A stretch of 64,000 bases of DNA from the NCBI RefSeq assembly GCF_006345805.1, contig NC_042997.1, forward strand, positions 92,690,001-92,754,000. Direction: 5' to 3'. The notes under the pieces are model-generated. The model searched no databases. It saw only the letters and a program-made list of their open reading frames with translations, and was not told the DNA's origin. Of this stretch, positions 51,712 to 64,000 are shown piece after piece. This DNA comes from Octopus sinensis. Its lineage: Eukaryota. The translations under genes were made by a program, and so were the position numbers. How positions within the stretch are numbered: the stretch's first letter is position 1; the number at the start of each line of letters is the position of its first letter.

Positions 51712-52967
51712 TAGATATGTGTGTATGTGTGTCGACTATATATCGACTAAGACTCTTCAAGGCGGTGCCGCAGCAAGAAACAAGTGAAAGTTAAAGGATG
51801 CACGAACGATTATGGTGGTGCCATGAAGTAAACGTACTTCAGATACACTCGTTTGTTCATATGAATGTAAATGAGATGAAATGTCTATGACTTTCGGGTT
51901 GCTTTAACACCCAGTTTATGAAAGAGTCATCCCCGAAGCGCTATGAGGCAGCGAACCGGCGAACAAGCAAAACGCATACATTGAGTATGTGCATTCGATA
52001 ATGTATGTATGTATGTGTGTTTGTCCTCCACCACCGCTTGACAACTGGTGTTGATGTGTTTACGATCTCGTAACTTAGCGATTCAGCATAAATGACCGAT
52101 AGAATAAGAACCAAGCTTTAGAAAAATATGTACTTGGCTCTATTCGTTCGACTAGGACCCTTCAAGGTGGTGCCCCAGCAAGAAACAAGTGAAAGTTAAA
52201 AGATAACAATGCCTTAGTATACTCCGTGAGAATTCTGCGCGTGCGTGTACATGTGTGTGTGTGTGTGTGTGTATGTGTGTGTGTGTATGTGCGCGTAATT
52301 GGGCATCTTAATTTTCTTACTGATGGAACAGAATTGGTGTGGAATGTAGACAGAACAATTCAAGTATCCAGTGAGGAATAAATAGAAAAGTGCATATCTG
52401 AGAATACTTTTTATACTGGCATAAAATCAAAGCCATATGTTTTTTTTTTCCCCTCTTTCTATCACTCTTTCTCTCTCACTCATTCACTCATTCTCGAATG
52501 CTAAACAAACTGATTTAGCTTGTGAACAGGTTCATGGTTATTTTTATCACTTCCCTTTTCTGGTCTTCAAACATACAGAGAAGTTGGCAGCTGAAATACT
52601 ACCATAATTTCCTGTTCTTGTTCATACAGAAACAACGGTAACAATATTAATGCTCTACTGGGTGCTAAATTTGCATGAAGAGGTTCCGGATCTTTACGTT
52701 CTGAGTTCGAATTCCGTTGAGGTCAACTTCGACTTTCATCTTTTCGGAGTCGATAAATTATAATACCAACCAAATAGTGACATCTTTACTCGTTATTGGT
52801 GTGTGGGATGGTGTTTTAGTGTCGGATGTCGATTATGTAAGCGTATATGATCTTATTTTACTGGGTGGTGGTTATGTGTGGGTTAAGTTATATTCAGTAG
52901 AATGTATTGTGTGAATAAGAAAAAGAAAATAATAATAGTAATTGCTGTTATTATTATGGCGGCGAAC

Positions 52968-53310
52968 TAGCAGAATAGTTACTGCGTCAGATAAATTGCT
53001 TAGAAGCATTTCGTCAGTCTTTACGTTCTGAGTTCAAATACCACCGAGGTCGACTTTGCGTTTCATCCTTTTGAGATTGATAAATTAAATACCAGTTGGA
53101 CTCTGGGGTCGATGTAATCGACAAGCCCCACCCCAAATTTCAGGCCTTGTGCCTATTAGTAGAAAGGATAATTATTATCGTTGTTGTTAGGGTGGGGAGC
53201 TGGTAGAAATCGTTAGAGAGCCGGAAAAAATCTTTCATCCTTTTGGAGATCGATAAAATACAGTACCAGTCAAGAAATGGGATCAATGGTATCGCGTCCC
53301 TTCGAAATTG
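52968..53310 (+). mobile_element. SINE family A copy and adjacent deleted copy (a further fragment lies at about 52690-52760)
   Basis: GGCGGCGAACTAGCAGAA..GTTCTGAGTTCAAATACCACCGAGGTCGAC. Confidence 0.8.
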
Positions 53311-55105
53311 TTCTCGAGTGCTCAGAATTCTCTCCCCCAGACAGGCAAAACGGTCAGTTGGTTGTCAATCATTGCAATCTCTAAAAGATTAGTGGTGGTC
53401 AAGAGCGGCTATATTCTCATGGAGACTAGGCGTCAACAACGATAAACTTAACAGTATGTTCTATATGACTTTTAGCCTGGGATCTATGGATAGTTTCTCG
53501 ATATCCCAAGCTTGACAGTGAGACCGAGAGGCATTGCTGGTTATTAACTGATCTGGAAATCCTGTAGACGACTGAAGATCATTCCGCCATCTTTCTTGAT
53601 CAGAAAGGCAAGTAATTTTTTTCTGTCTGTTTGCTATTACGAAAGCGGTTAGGTAGTGGACAGTACTGAATGAACTGAGGGCAGTTACTTTCCTCTTCGA
53701 TAAGTCCCCATCAACTTAATCAAGCAACACTTGTAAAGGAAGGTGAGAGCGAAGGAGGAGGGGGAGATGCTGCCTTGCAGTAAATTTGATGAAAGGTGAA
53801 TAAAAATGGTAAAACCCGAATGAATGAACTTACTTTCAAAATGCATCTTTAAGCTGGTGAACGCAGTTAGTCCAGGACACTTGCACTGAGCAGCAAGGGT
53901 AAACCTAGACCTGAAGAATAACTAAATTGGTCCCAAGTGAATGTTCTCCTAGAGGCATGCTTCATTTCATCTCCTTTTGTATTGCATCTTCATATTTAAT
54001 TCTATGTAACGCCTCCCCCCGTTTTTGTGATATCACCTGTCAACCTTGTGGCAAGTCAAAGAACAATTATGAGTAATAATGTAGTAATTATAATTTACAA
54101 CAAATGGACAAAATGCAGAGAAGAAAAAGGGTTCCTCAACATATTGAGATACCATTCCTGTATGTACTTGAAGGCTTCATAGCAATTTTATTTTTTACTT
54201 TCAATTTTCATTGTCAGGAAACTTTGCTGTGATCTTTATAGATGATGACTGAATTAGTAGGGCTGCCGGCTGAAATTTACTTAAGAAAGAGGTTAAGCAA
54301 ACGATATTTCAATCCAACTCAGAAAAGATCGTTTGTCTTAAAGTTAAATACCCGACATGGCATTGACGCATTCCCAATAGTTACTTCAATTAAGCTGATT
54401 AAAATACACGCGAATCATCTAAAGTGGATTTGACTTAAGACTTGTGAGCTAGGGATCCAACAATTCGCGTATTCACTTACTTCCTGAGAAACTTATCAAG
54501 TTTCAGAGTCACAGTTGGTCAGCTGAAAAGGATTGCCCACTAAAAATCCCACTGTTTGTATAGTAATATTTCAATTCTAGTTTATAGAAGAAAAACTGCA
54601 GAAGTTTTTATATCCGTGACGTGAAAATACTGGAACCAATGCTCAAGATTAAAATCATGCAATCATCTAATAAATAAAAGTTTTAATTGGCTACTTATCA
54701 GATTTTGGAACTAATAGGTTTATAACAACCTCGAACTTGATCAATTCAAAATGAAACTAAGTATAGAAATCAATACTTGTAAAGAAATATCATTCTGCTT
54801 GATGGAATGTGTCTTGAAGATCTCAAAATAAACTGCATTCAGTGTGTTAAACAATGAAGCTATCATTGTCGCCTACGAAACTGTTCACGTGATAAACGAA
54901 TATCTGATGTCAAAGTTTCCGGGAGAAGAAAACAGAGAATAGATTTCACTGTATATAACACACCGACACCATTGTTAAGTAGCCTTTAGTCAGAAATCCT
55001 ATCAATTTATCCACCACCTTATAAACAACACAGTAAAGTTTCCTGACAATGAAACCCGAACCTAAAATTAAGTTGCGGTGAAGTTTTCTTATACATACTA
55101 GATTG

Positions 55106-55245
55106 CAGTGGCGTAGCTACACTGTGCGCTGCGCAGAGTGGCCATTGAGTGCCCCCATTCCACTATACAGCAGACACAAAAGTGCCACACCTATAAAAGG
55201 GTCTCCCGAGGAGTGCCGTCTCCCACTCCACTAGCTATGCTACTG
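55106..55245. mobile_element. hAT-type MITE (CAGTGGCGTAGCT ends)
   Basis: CAGTGGCGTAGCT / AGCTATGCTACTG. No recognisable TSD. Confidence 0.6.
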
Positions 55246-55510
55246 CAACACTTGTATCCTAATACATTGAAGAACTCTTCTTCTTTACATTTCGCCTATC
55301 TGTTGCAAATTATAATTACTAATACTCGTTCCTTGATTTCCCACAAGGATACGGCTAAAGAAACATCAAAAGAACAAATTACAAAAACGGAGAGGATTTA
55401 CATAGAATTATTATTCTGCAGAGTTTCTAAATCAGTCGCAAACTGATTCAAATCATTTTTTAAATATCGTTTCAAAAAGGAATATAATATATTATTATTG
55501 TTATTGAGAT

Positions 55511-55731
55511 GTACTCGCATAGCAAGTAATTTGATCTGAGATCGTGTGCTGAAACGAAAACAATTGCAGCGTGGAAGGTGTTTGTAAGCCAGCACGGATT
55601 TTTGTCAGTGAACAGGTCGCGGATTTTAGCGACGAAAATATTTTGACAAATTAAACTTAAATGTTGAAGTGAATCGAACGGCTTTTGTGTGTTTCTTAAA
55701 TGGCTTACAAACACCTTCCACGCTGCAATTG
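55511..55731 (+). mobile_element. Small Penelope-type element: inverted terminal segment plus hammerhead-like core
   Basis: Perfect 31-bp inverted repeat at 55561-55591 and 55701-55731. Flanking direct repeat TTATTGAGAT. Confidence 0.65.
55601..55650 (+). ncRNA. Putative minimal type I hammerhead ribozyme, G3-C8 core variant
   Basis: UUUGUCA-GUGAACA-G-[GUCGC/GCGAC]-GAA-AAUAUU-U-UGACAAA. Confidence 0.65.
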
Positions 55732-55985
55732 TATTATTATTGAGATATCTTCAAAATGAACAGTTGCATAAACGCAGGGTAAAAGCAAAGTAAACCGCTG
55801 CACATTTTATACGATCAGTTCATTAAGGTGTCAAATGGAAAACGGAGAAATATGAGAGAAAAAAATTGCTGTTCATCAGGAGCATTCATATAATTTAAAT
55901 ACATGAAGTTAAGTTTCTTTTACGGGACAAAGAAACGGGCGCAGCCAAAAAACAAGGATGAAATAATTCTGATCTTGTAAAGAAG

Positions 55986-56200
55986 GCAGTGAGCTGGCAG
56001 AACCGTTAGCACGCCGGGCAAAATGCTTACCAGCATTTCATCCGTCTTAACGTTCTGCGTTCAAATTCCGCCGAGGTCAGCTTTGCCTTTCATCCTTTCA
56101 GGGTCGATAAATTAAGTACCAGTTGAGCGTTAGGGTCGATGTAATCGATTTGCCTCCATCCCCGAAATTGCTGGCCATGCGCCACAATTTGAAACCAATA
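55986..56200 (+). mobile_element. SINE family A monomer
   Basis: Matches the family consensus. Confidence 0.88.
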
Positions 56201-56824
56201 TATCTTGTAAAGAATTGTTTTATCTTATGTCTGATACTGGAGAAAAGAGAAACAGAGATTCTTTTAGATAACGGCAAAGACTTCATTAACAATCTTTACA
56301 AAAAGATTTTGTAAGATTGCTTACTCTCTTTTCTGTTTCTTAATGTTTAAATTTTATATCTCCCATTTGATATTGCTCCAAATCTGACTGATACTTTAAT
56401 CTATCTATCTATCTAACAACACAGCTTACATATGACGCTTTATCTAAAAACCGTTCCTAACCTCTGAAACGGTTACCAATTAAAATAACTTTCTGAGACA
56501 ATTCGAAACTTGTGGAGAGGAAAAAAAAAAGTGAAAAAGAAAATTATATAAAGAAACCAATTTGGCAGAAATATATGATGAAAATGTATTACGTGTAATG
56601 CAGGAGAGGATGTAAACGCTTCTATGTAATATTAGAAATATCTAAAGTGCAAAGATAGACGTCGAGAGAAATCGAGGAAGTGGAAGAGATAAGAGAAGTT
56701 CAGACAGTTTATTAGAAACTCCAGTATTAAAATAGTAGCATCGGTTTTTGTTTTCGTCTTAGCAAAAGCTGTTTGATTTACCGATTGATCCCGGAGTGTG
56801 ACAGCATTGTGAACATATAAATAT

Positions 56825-57360
56825 AGGCGTTGGCGTGGCTCTGTGGTAAGAAGCTCGCTTCCCAACCACATGGATCCGGGTTCAGTCCCACTGTGCGGCA
56901 CCTTGGGTAAGTGTTTACTATAGCCCCGCGGCGAGCGGGCAGAAACGTTAGCACGTCGGGCGAAATGCGTAGCCGTATTTCGTCTGCCGTTATGTTCTGA
57001 GTTCAAATTCCGCCGAGGTCGACTTTGCCTTTCATCCTTTCGGGGTCGATGAATTAAGTACCAGTTACGCACTGGTCAATATAACCGACTTAATCCGTTT
57101 GTCCCCTTGTGGGTAATAAAGAAATAACTATAGCCCCGCGCCGACCAAAATCCTTGTGAGTATATTTGGTAGACGGAAACTGAAAGAAGCCGTCGCGCGT
57201 GCGTTTGTCTACCATCATCGCTTTACAACTGTCAAGTTACATTCCTGTAATTTAGCGGTTCCGTAAAAGTAGCCGATAGAATAAGTTCTAAGCTTAAAAT
57301 AATAATAAAAAAAAAGGTATCAGCGGTGGTGCCCCAGCATGGCCGCGGCCTTTGGGCTAA
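56825..57360 (+). mobile_element. SINE family B interrupted by a SINE family A copy (56931-57126)
   Basis: 14-bp TSD ACTATAGCCCCGCG at 56917-56930 and 57127-57140. Confidence 0.9.
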
Positions 57361-57684
57361 AACATTTTTAAGGATTTATTCGCGTCGTTTCATGCCACTA
57401 AAAGTAAACATTTTTCAAGGCGGTGCCCTACCATAGTCTAATGACTAGGTGTGCCGTAGTGTAACTTGAATATAATTTTTTTCCCTAGACTTTTAGTTAT
57501 ATTTTTAGTTCAGATGTGCCACCAAATTTTGAAAAGAATGTATTGCAAGTGAAAAATAGTTGCGGAGCACTGTTCTACATTGACACAACCCATCTAGCTC
57601 TAGGAAATAGATACAAAACCACCTGGAAATGAAATACAGCACGGAATGAAAAAAAAAAAGTTTAAAGTAAAAAAAAATTTACAT

Positions 57685-58065
57685 GCGCAGGAGTGGCTGT
57701 GTGGTAAGTAGCTTGCTTGCCAACCACATGGTCCAGGTTCAGTCCCACTGCGTGGCACTTTGGGCGTCTTCTGCTATAGCCTCAGGCCGACCAAAGCCTT
57801 GTGAGTGGATTTGGTAGACGGAAACTGAAAGAAGCCTATCGTGTATATGTATATATATATTTGTGTGTCTGTGTTTGTCCCCTCAACATCGCTTGACAAC
57901 CGATGCTGGTGTGTTCATATCCCCGTAACGTAGCGGTTCGGCAAAAGCGACCGATAGAATAAGTACTAGGCTTACAAAGAGTAAGTCCTGGGGTCGATTT
58001 GCTAGACTAAAGGCGGTGCTCCAGCATGGCCGCAGTCAAATGACTGAAACAAGTAAAAGAGTAGA
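57685..58065 (+). mobile_element. SINE family B, full length
   Basis: GCGCAGGAGTGGCTGTGTGGTAAG..GAAACAAGTAAAAGAG. Confidence 0.93.
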
Positions 58066-58183
58066 GAGAGTAATGTTTCGAAGAAATTGTAGAAGAAGCA
58101 AAAATATTTGTTTGGCCATTTGCGTAAATTTCTTTGATTTTTTTTCCAGCTGAACCATTACGCTTAAGTATTTTTTGCGTATG

Positions 58184-59478
58184 TACGAGAGACGTTCATT
58201 AAGTAATGCCTCTGACCCACTTGCAGTTGTTTGATCTAGCTGAAATTTTGCATGTGCAATCATTTATATCTCTATAGAGTAAGTGGCAAATTACAGCTCT
58301 GAATTAATTGTGGTTTCTGATTTACAGGTGTTTGAACCGAGTCAAGTGTGAAATGGAGCCTGTTGAGTGTCGAGCAGTGATCCGGTTTTTGTATTTGAAA
58401 GGACGCACACCACGGGAGACTTTTGATGAAATGAAAGTAACTTATGGTGATGATGCCCCATCATATGACCTTGTAAAACGCTGGCATCGTGAATTCGAAC
58501 ATGATCGGAACTCTGTGGAAACAGCTCCCAGATCTGGTCGCCCCCTTCTGCCATTGACGAGGCATCTGTCCGTCAAGTTGAGGCTGCCATTTTGGAAGAT
58601 CGACGCATAATTATTCGCCAAATAGCCCATGAGGTCAAGATTAGTACCGGGTCTGTGGAAACTATCATTCATGACCATTTGCATATGCAAAAGGCGTCTG
58701 CCAGATGGATTCCCAGGTTGCTCACGCCTTTCCAGAAGCAAGAACGCGTCGAGTGCTCGAGGGTGAATTTGGAGATGTGCCAAGAAGATGAGTCAAAATT
58801 TTTCAAAAGACTGATTACACAGGATGAAACCTGGGTCCATCACGATGATCCAGAGACCAAATCCCAGTCAATGCAGTGGAAGCACCGTGACTCACCCCCT
58901 CCAAAGAAGGCAAGGGTGCAGCCCTCCGCTGGCAAGGTCATGCTCACAGTCTTCAGGGACCAGGACGGAGTAGTGATAACAGATTTCCTGGCAAAGGGTA
59001 CCACAATTGCAGGAGCCTATTATGCTTCACTTTTGAGGAAATTAAGAGAAGTTATCAAAATCAAGAGGCGGGGCAAGATCAGCAAAGGCATCCTCCTCCT
59101 GCAGGACAACGCTCCGGTCCACAACTCGCTTGTCGCCAGATCAGAAGCACAGGCGTATGGTTATGAACTCCTCCCCATCCTCCCTACTTTCCTGACCTTG
59201 CACCCTCTGATTTTCACCTCTTCCCAATCATGAAGTTGTTTTTGAAAGGAAAGCGTTTCCCAGATGATGCAGCCTTGATTTCTGAAGTCACGTTGAGGTT
59301 GGAGGACCAAGCTGAGTTCTTCTACAAAAACGGTCTCCAGAGCCGCATCAAACGATGGGAGAAATGCGTAACTCTGGGTGGTTCCTATGTAGAAAAAGAC
59401 TAATAACTGTGCCAAGTTTCGTTGCTCTACTGCTATGGGAAGTGGGTCAGGGGCATTACTTATTGAACGCCCCTCGTA
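58184..59478 (+). mobile_element. Full-length mariner (family 3, irritans-like), ~1.3 kb
   Basis: ~33-bp TIR CGAGGGGCGTTCAATAAGTAATGCCCCTGACCC (left copy with mismatches) and TA on both sides. Confidence 0.95.
58353..59403 (+). pseudogene. Mariner D,D34D transposase with about three frameshifts
   Basis: MEPVECRAVIRFL..; WIPRLL; QDETW; QDNAP; FPDLAPSDFHLF; ends WEKCVTLGGSYVEKD*. Confidence 0.92.
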
Positions 59479-60996
59479 TGTGTTTTTGCGTGTCTGCTAT
59501 TTTTTAATTATAATAAATCTTCCACTGAGGAGGGAGCCGGTTTTCAACAAAGATACATCTTTAGGATGTAGTTAACACAGAGAAATTCACATTTGGAACT
59601 TGCGAAAAGTCTTGCATACTTTTACTGTTCCACTCCAGATTGCACTTGTAATGTATAAATTAGCCGGTTTATTCAGATTCTCCATATGTATGAATTTATG
59701 TGTATGCATGTATGTGTTTATATGTGTATGTAAGTATATGAATGTATGCGTTTATGTGCAGGTACGTATATTTGTGTATGTGTATACACATACGTATACA
59801 TATACATAGACAAAAATATTCATAAACGTAAGCGATTCGGTTGGAAAAAAAAAAATCAATAAAAAAATTTACGGAAATTGCCGAACAAATACTTTCACTT
59901 CTAAAAAAAAAAAAAGGTTAAAAAAGATATACGAATACACGTGGTGGTTCGCATGCCGATACCAGCCAAAACCTCTCTAATGATTATAGGGAACACTGCA
60001 TAATATAGTCCTAGAAAAAAACTATAGATGAGAAAACGTGGGGATGGTCATGGTTGGAATGCATTTGATCATAGGTTTGCTCGAGCGAAAAACTGATTTG
60101 AGTCGCAACAACGAACCTGATAAATGGTGGAAGATAATCTTTTTATCGAGATTTTACTTTGTATGCTCCATGTCGTTTACGCACATAGACGAATGTACAC
60201 ACGCACGCGCGCGCATACACATTCAGAACTAAATACGATCCAGTTATGATTATATTTATTACACTTAATACCCTGCTACTTGTCAGATAAATATATTTGG
60301 AGTTATACAACATCTATTATGTAGAAATCTATTATTTTCTTTTCTATTTATCATTTTATTATTCATTAATACGATTTATTCCCGAACATGTTTATAATTT
60401 TTAAGGAATGCACGATTTGTGTAACAAACCCACATCGAAAGCCGGAAGAAAAACGTCCAGCAAATTATATCGAAAGAAAATCATCCTGATTCTACTAAAT
60501 ACGCAATAGACAAACAGTTTGATCGATAATTTAGGCGATATGGGCGTAGGTGTTATATCAGCACATCAAAATGATATATTAAACCAAAATATGCAATGTT
60601 GAGACAGGCTACTCTATTTGTGGGCAGCACAAGTACTTCTTACACGAATCATACTAATGCTGCTCCTTCAGTGTACGCACACTAGTAGCAGATCATATAT
60701 TTTTAAGCATTCGTATATATTTATTATTTTAGTGTATTTAGAACTGATGATTACATATTTAAGATAATTATGAAAAAACAAAAACAAAACAGTTTTACAA
60801 AATATATTGTAAATATATACGAGAAATAAATTATATACACACACACATATATATATATATTTTCAGTATATAGACACCTTATGTTACCGTGTCGGCGAAG
60901 TGATAATTTAATTTTAGCGGATAACGCATCTATTCACAGTGATAGGTGAAAGCATTGATAAATTTCTTGCCTAAAAACTTTGCATTTAAATACATC

Positions 60997-61025
60997 ACAC
61001 TTTGATCTTAGCCAAAAAGCCGAGA
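60997..61025 (-). pseudogene. U2 snRNA 5' fragment
   Basis: TCTCGGCTTTTTGGCTAAGATCAAAGTGT versus the U2 5' end TCTCGGCCTTTTGGCTAAGATCAA(A)GTGT, recalled from memory. One substitution. Confidence 0.75.
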
Positions 61026-63109
61026 TCAATCATTTGTAACAGTACAAGTTAACCATCGGAAAGGGGCACAGTGATATATATAAAAACATATATATATATA
61101 AGTTTAAGGCCTGTCAAAAAATGTTCAGTTAGCTCAACTGGTGAATACGGGTTCCTATAGATTTAGTGTCATTAGCCTGAACTACAAATGGATAAAAAAG
61201 ACAATCTGGTTGCTCAGGCTGATGAGAGGATTTCCATGTTTTCCTTTTCCGTTGATCATTCTTATGTTCCATTTCAATACTAGATTCATGGTGCACACAG
61301 CATCCTAACCGTAGCATCTGTATAAAAGCGATGAATATCTTTGTGCTTAATAGCAACATTAGTAATGTACGACATTTTCTTCAAAGCCGGTTAGTTCACG
61401 TGGTTTGAATTGCTTGTGGTGCATTTACTTTTTTGACCCTTGTTTCTGAATAGTACCCAACTTCATGACCTTTCCTTTGTATTGTCTTGGACATGACATT
61501 AAACTGCAACTGGTGGTAAGGTTCCAGTTCAGGAGAGCATGAAATCACCCTTTAATTACCATTAATCCTAGGTCTGTTCTGACCAGGAACAGTAGTATCT
61601 GTCAGAGTCCCACCTAATACATAGATTTTTGTAAGGATAAATTGAGGTTCTTTCGGTGCGGTGAAAGCAATCAATCTAGGAGAAGGAAAACTCCAAAATT
61701 AGCACCTTTTCCAACATACCCTAAGCCAGCACAGAAAAGTATAGCCGATAAAGCTAACGAGGCATTTCACATTGGTGCACATCTACCGCAGGCAAAGTTA
61801 ACAGGGAATGATGATTATATTATTGAAAAAAATTTAATCTTAACATTCAACAATGCAAGTATTTAAAGAACAGAAGTATGTGATAATGTGGCTCTCAATT
61901 GTCTTCGATATCCTTCCATAGATAAAGTTGGTGGTGGGAAATAAATAGGATCTGGTAGCACTAAGCTGTTTAACATTAATCACAGAAATTTAATTACAAA
62001 TGATACTATATTTACAAAAATATTACAATTGTAGAACGATTAAAATGTTTTATTTATTTTATCACAAAATTTACAGTAAAACAGAGTTTTCATTCAGTTT
62101 CCCAGTCAGTGAGATAAACACCTTATTTTCCTAAATATGTTCACTGTCATTCTCTATTAATCGTTTGACAGCCTTCTATTTGCTTCTCCTTTGTGGGACA
62201 GTAAACAAAAGCAATAAGTTCATTATTCGTGCTTGCACGTCAGTATATTTTACACACACACACACACTCATTGTCAGTGGCTAGCAATCTTAAAAATACA
62301 ATAAATGATTCATTTCAAACCAAGGCAAATTTCTTTGAACATTCGAAATATATACATATATATGTACCTGTTGTTCGTTGCAAAGGCACGAATATATTTT
62401 AGTTATTCAACTAGAGCTGCCAAATTTCACTTAATAAATACGTCAGCGGAAGTAAGAATAGTACTTTCACTAGCCCATCTGTACATTGAATCGAATCCAG
62501 TTATTCAACGTTTTAAAGACATTCCACACAACCATCTAGAAACACAAACGCTCATTTTCAGAATAGCAGCTTATGTTAAGTGCCTTGCTTTTATAAATAT
62601 CAGACAAATAACTATGTGTTTAGTGTTTTATTTTATAGTGCTGTGTCCATAATCAAAACACTCAAATCTCAAATGGCTTAATCTAGCCATAAATAGGTTC
62701 CATATGATAGGAACATGCTACTGTAAGCAGTAATAGCATTGCTAAATTTAACTCCTTAGGGCCTGAGGAAATCTAGTTCTTCACAGAAGACCAGAGTTTC
62801 TCAGGCTTCTTGCAGAATCTCACTGGATTCTAGTTCTAATTCCATACTTTATGTGATGGCTGGTGTGCAATAAACCCTTTAGTATTAAATTTAAATGCAA
62901 CCATCATCATTGGATATCTACATGAAAGAATAAATCATTCAAAGTAGTAATGTCAAAGTATACAGAAAATATACTGCTCTATAAATATTTAACAAACCCT
63001 ATAATAAGATTAATTATAGGAGAATTGTTCTTTTTTCAATCATCATGCTGTATCATGATCAAGATGCTTAATTCACAACAGCTGTATTCACATTAACATG
63101 AAAACATGC

Positions 63110-63209
63110 NNNNNNNNNNNNNNNNNNNNNNNNNNNNNNNNNNNNNNNNNNNNNNNNNNNNNNNNNNNNNNNNNNNNNNNNNNNNNNNNNNNNNNNNNNN
63201 NNNNNNNNN
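63110..63209. other. Assembly gap (100 N)
   Basis: Run of N, adjacent to (TA)n on its right side. Confidence 0.99.
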
Positions 63210-63302
63210 ATATATATATATACATACATATAGATACATACATATAGATACATACATATATATATATATACATACATATATATACATATATATAATATAT
63301 AC

Positions 63303-63349
<47 letters not shown>

Positions 63350-63439
63350 TATATACATATATATATATACATATATATATACATAATATATATATATACA
63401 TATATATACATATATATATATATATACATACATATATAG

Positions 63440-63980
63440 TGAAGCCATAATCCGTGGTTCCTACCTGGGACGTAGTCAGTCCACCTGTGCATACCTTCCT
63501 TCTTGTGACACTTGTGAAGACCTGTTGAGGCAAGTGAGAATCGAATCGAACCAAATCAAAATAGATGAACATCAATTGAATGTGTATTCTCCTGGTACCA
63601 GTGCCGGTGGCACATAAGAAAACCATCCGAACGTGACCGTAGCCAGTGCCGCAACGACTGGCCTCCGTGCTGAGGGCACGTAACAAACACCATCCGAGCG
63701 TGGCTGTCAGCCAGCCTCGTCTGGCACCTGTGTCGGTGGCACATAAAAAACACCATCCGAGCGTGGCCGTCTGCCAGCCTCGTCTGGCACCTGTGTCGGT
63801 GGCACATAAAATCACCCACTACACTCTCGGAGTGGTTGGCGTTAGGAAGGGCATCCAGCTGTAGAAACACTGCCAGATCTGACTGGCCTGGTGCCACCTT
63901 CGGGCTTGCCAGACCCTAGTTGAACCGTCCAACACATGCTAGCATGGAAAGCGGACGTTAAATGATGATGATGATGATGA
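63440..63980 (+). mobile_element. Non-autonomous RTE-related element with internal ~60-bp tandem units and (GAT)n tail
   Basis: About four GGTGGCACATAAAA..CACCATCCGAGCGTG units, GTTGGCGTTAGGAAGGGCATCCAGC, and the end GCATGGAAAGCGGACGTTAAATGATGATG. Confidence 0.8.
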
Positions 63981-64000
63981 GATATATATATATATATATA

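Noticed and set aside
59525-59580. CTGAGGA motif as a hammerhead core
   Set aside because: No stem II partner or GAAA downstream.
61129-61359. 76-aa minus-strand ORF
   Set aside because: No domain or convincing splice signals; an ORF of this length is expected by chance.
63068-63815. Long ORFs crossing the N run
   Set aside because: Artefacts of the gap, the (TA)n tract and the element's internal tandem units.

Overview
Eukaryotic, AT-rich, repeat-dense genomic DNA. The SINE families and the microsatellite load resemble an Octopus genome; this is recognition from memory, not a database hit. Only one host exon is supportable: the last coding exon (3864-4117, +) of a GPI-anchored Ly6/uPAR three-finger protein, whose upstream exons appear to lie outside the window. 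The remaining ~60 kb is a transposon mosaic. It holds at least four SINE families and LINE pieces of the RTE, CR1, Tx1/L1, R4-like and Hero-like types. It also holds a Penelope GIY-YIG element, three mariner families, hAT, Tc1 and foldback MITEs, a 5' U2 snRNA fragment and a 100-N gap. The most interesting signal is a set of minimal type I hammerhead ribozyme folds on Penelope-type elements with three different catalytic cores. These are canonical (5807-5865), a U6 variant in two copies (11418-11455, 14731-14764), and a G3-C8 swapped core inside an inverted-repeat element (55601-55650). None of the ribozyme activities is demonstrated. Boundaries of decayed repeats are approximate to a few tens of bp.
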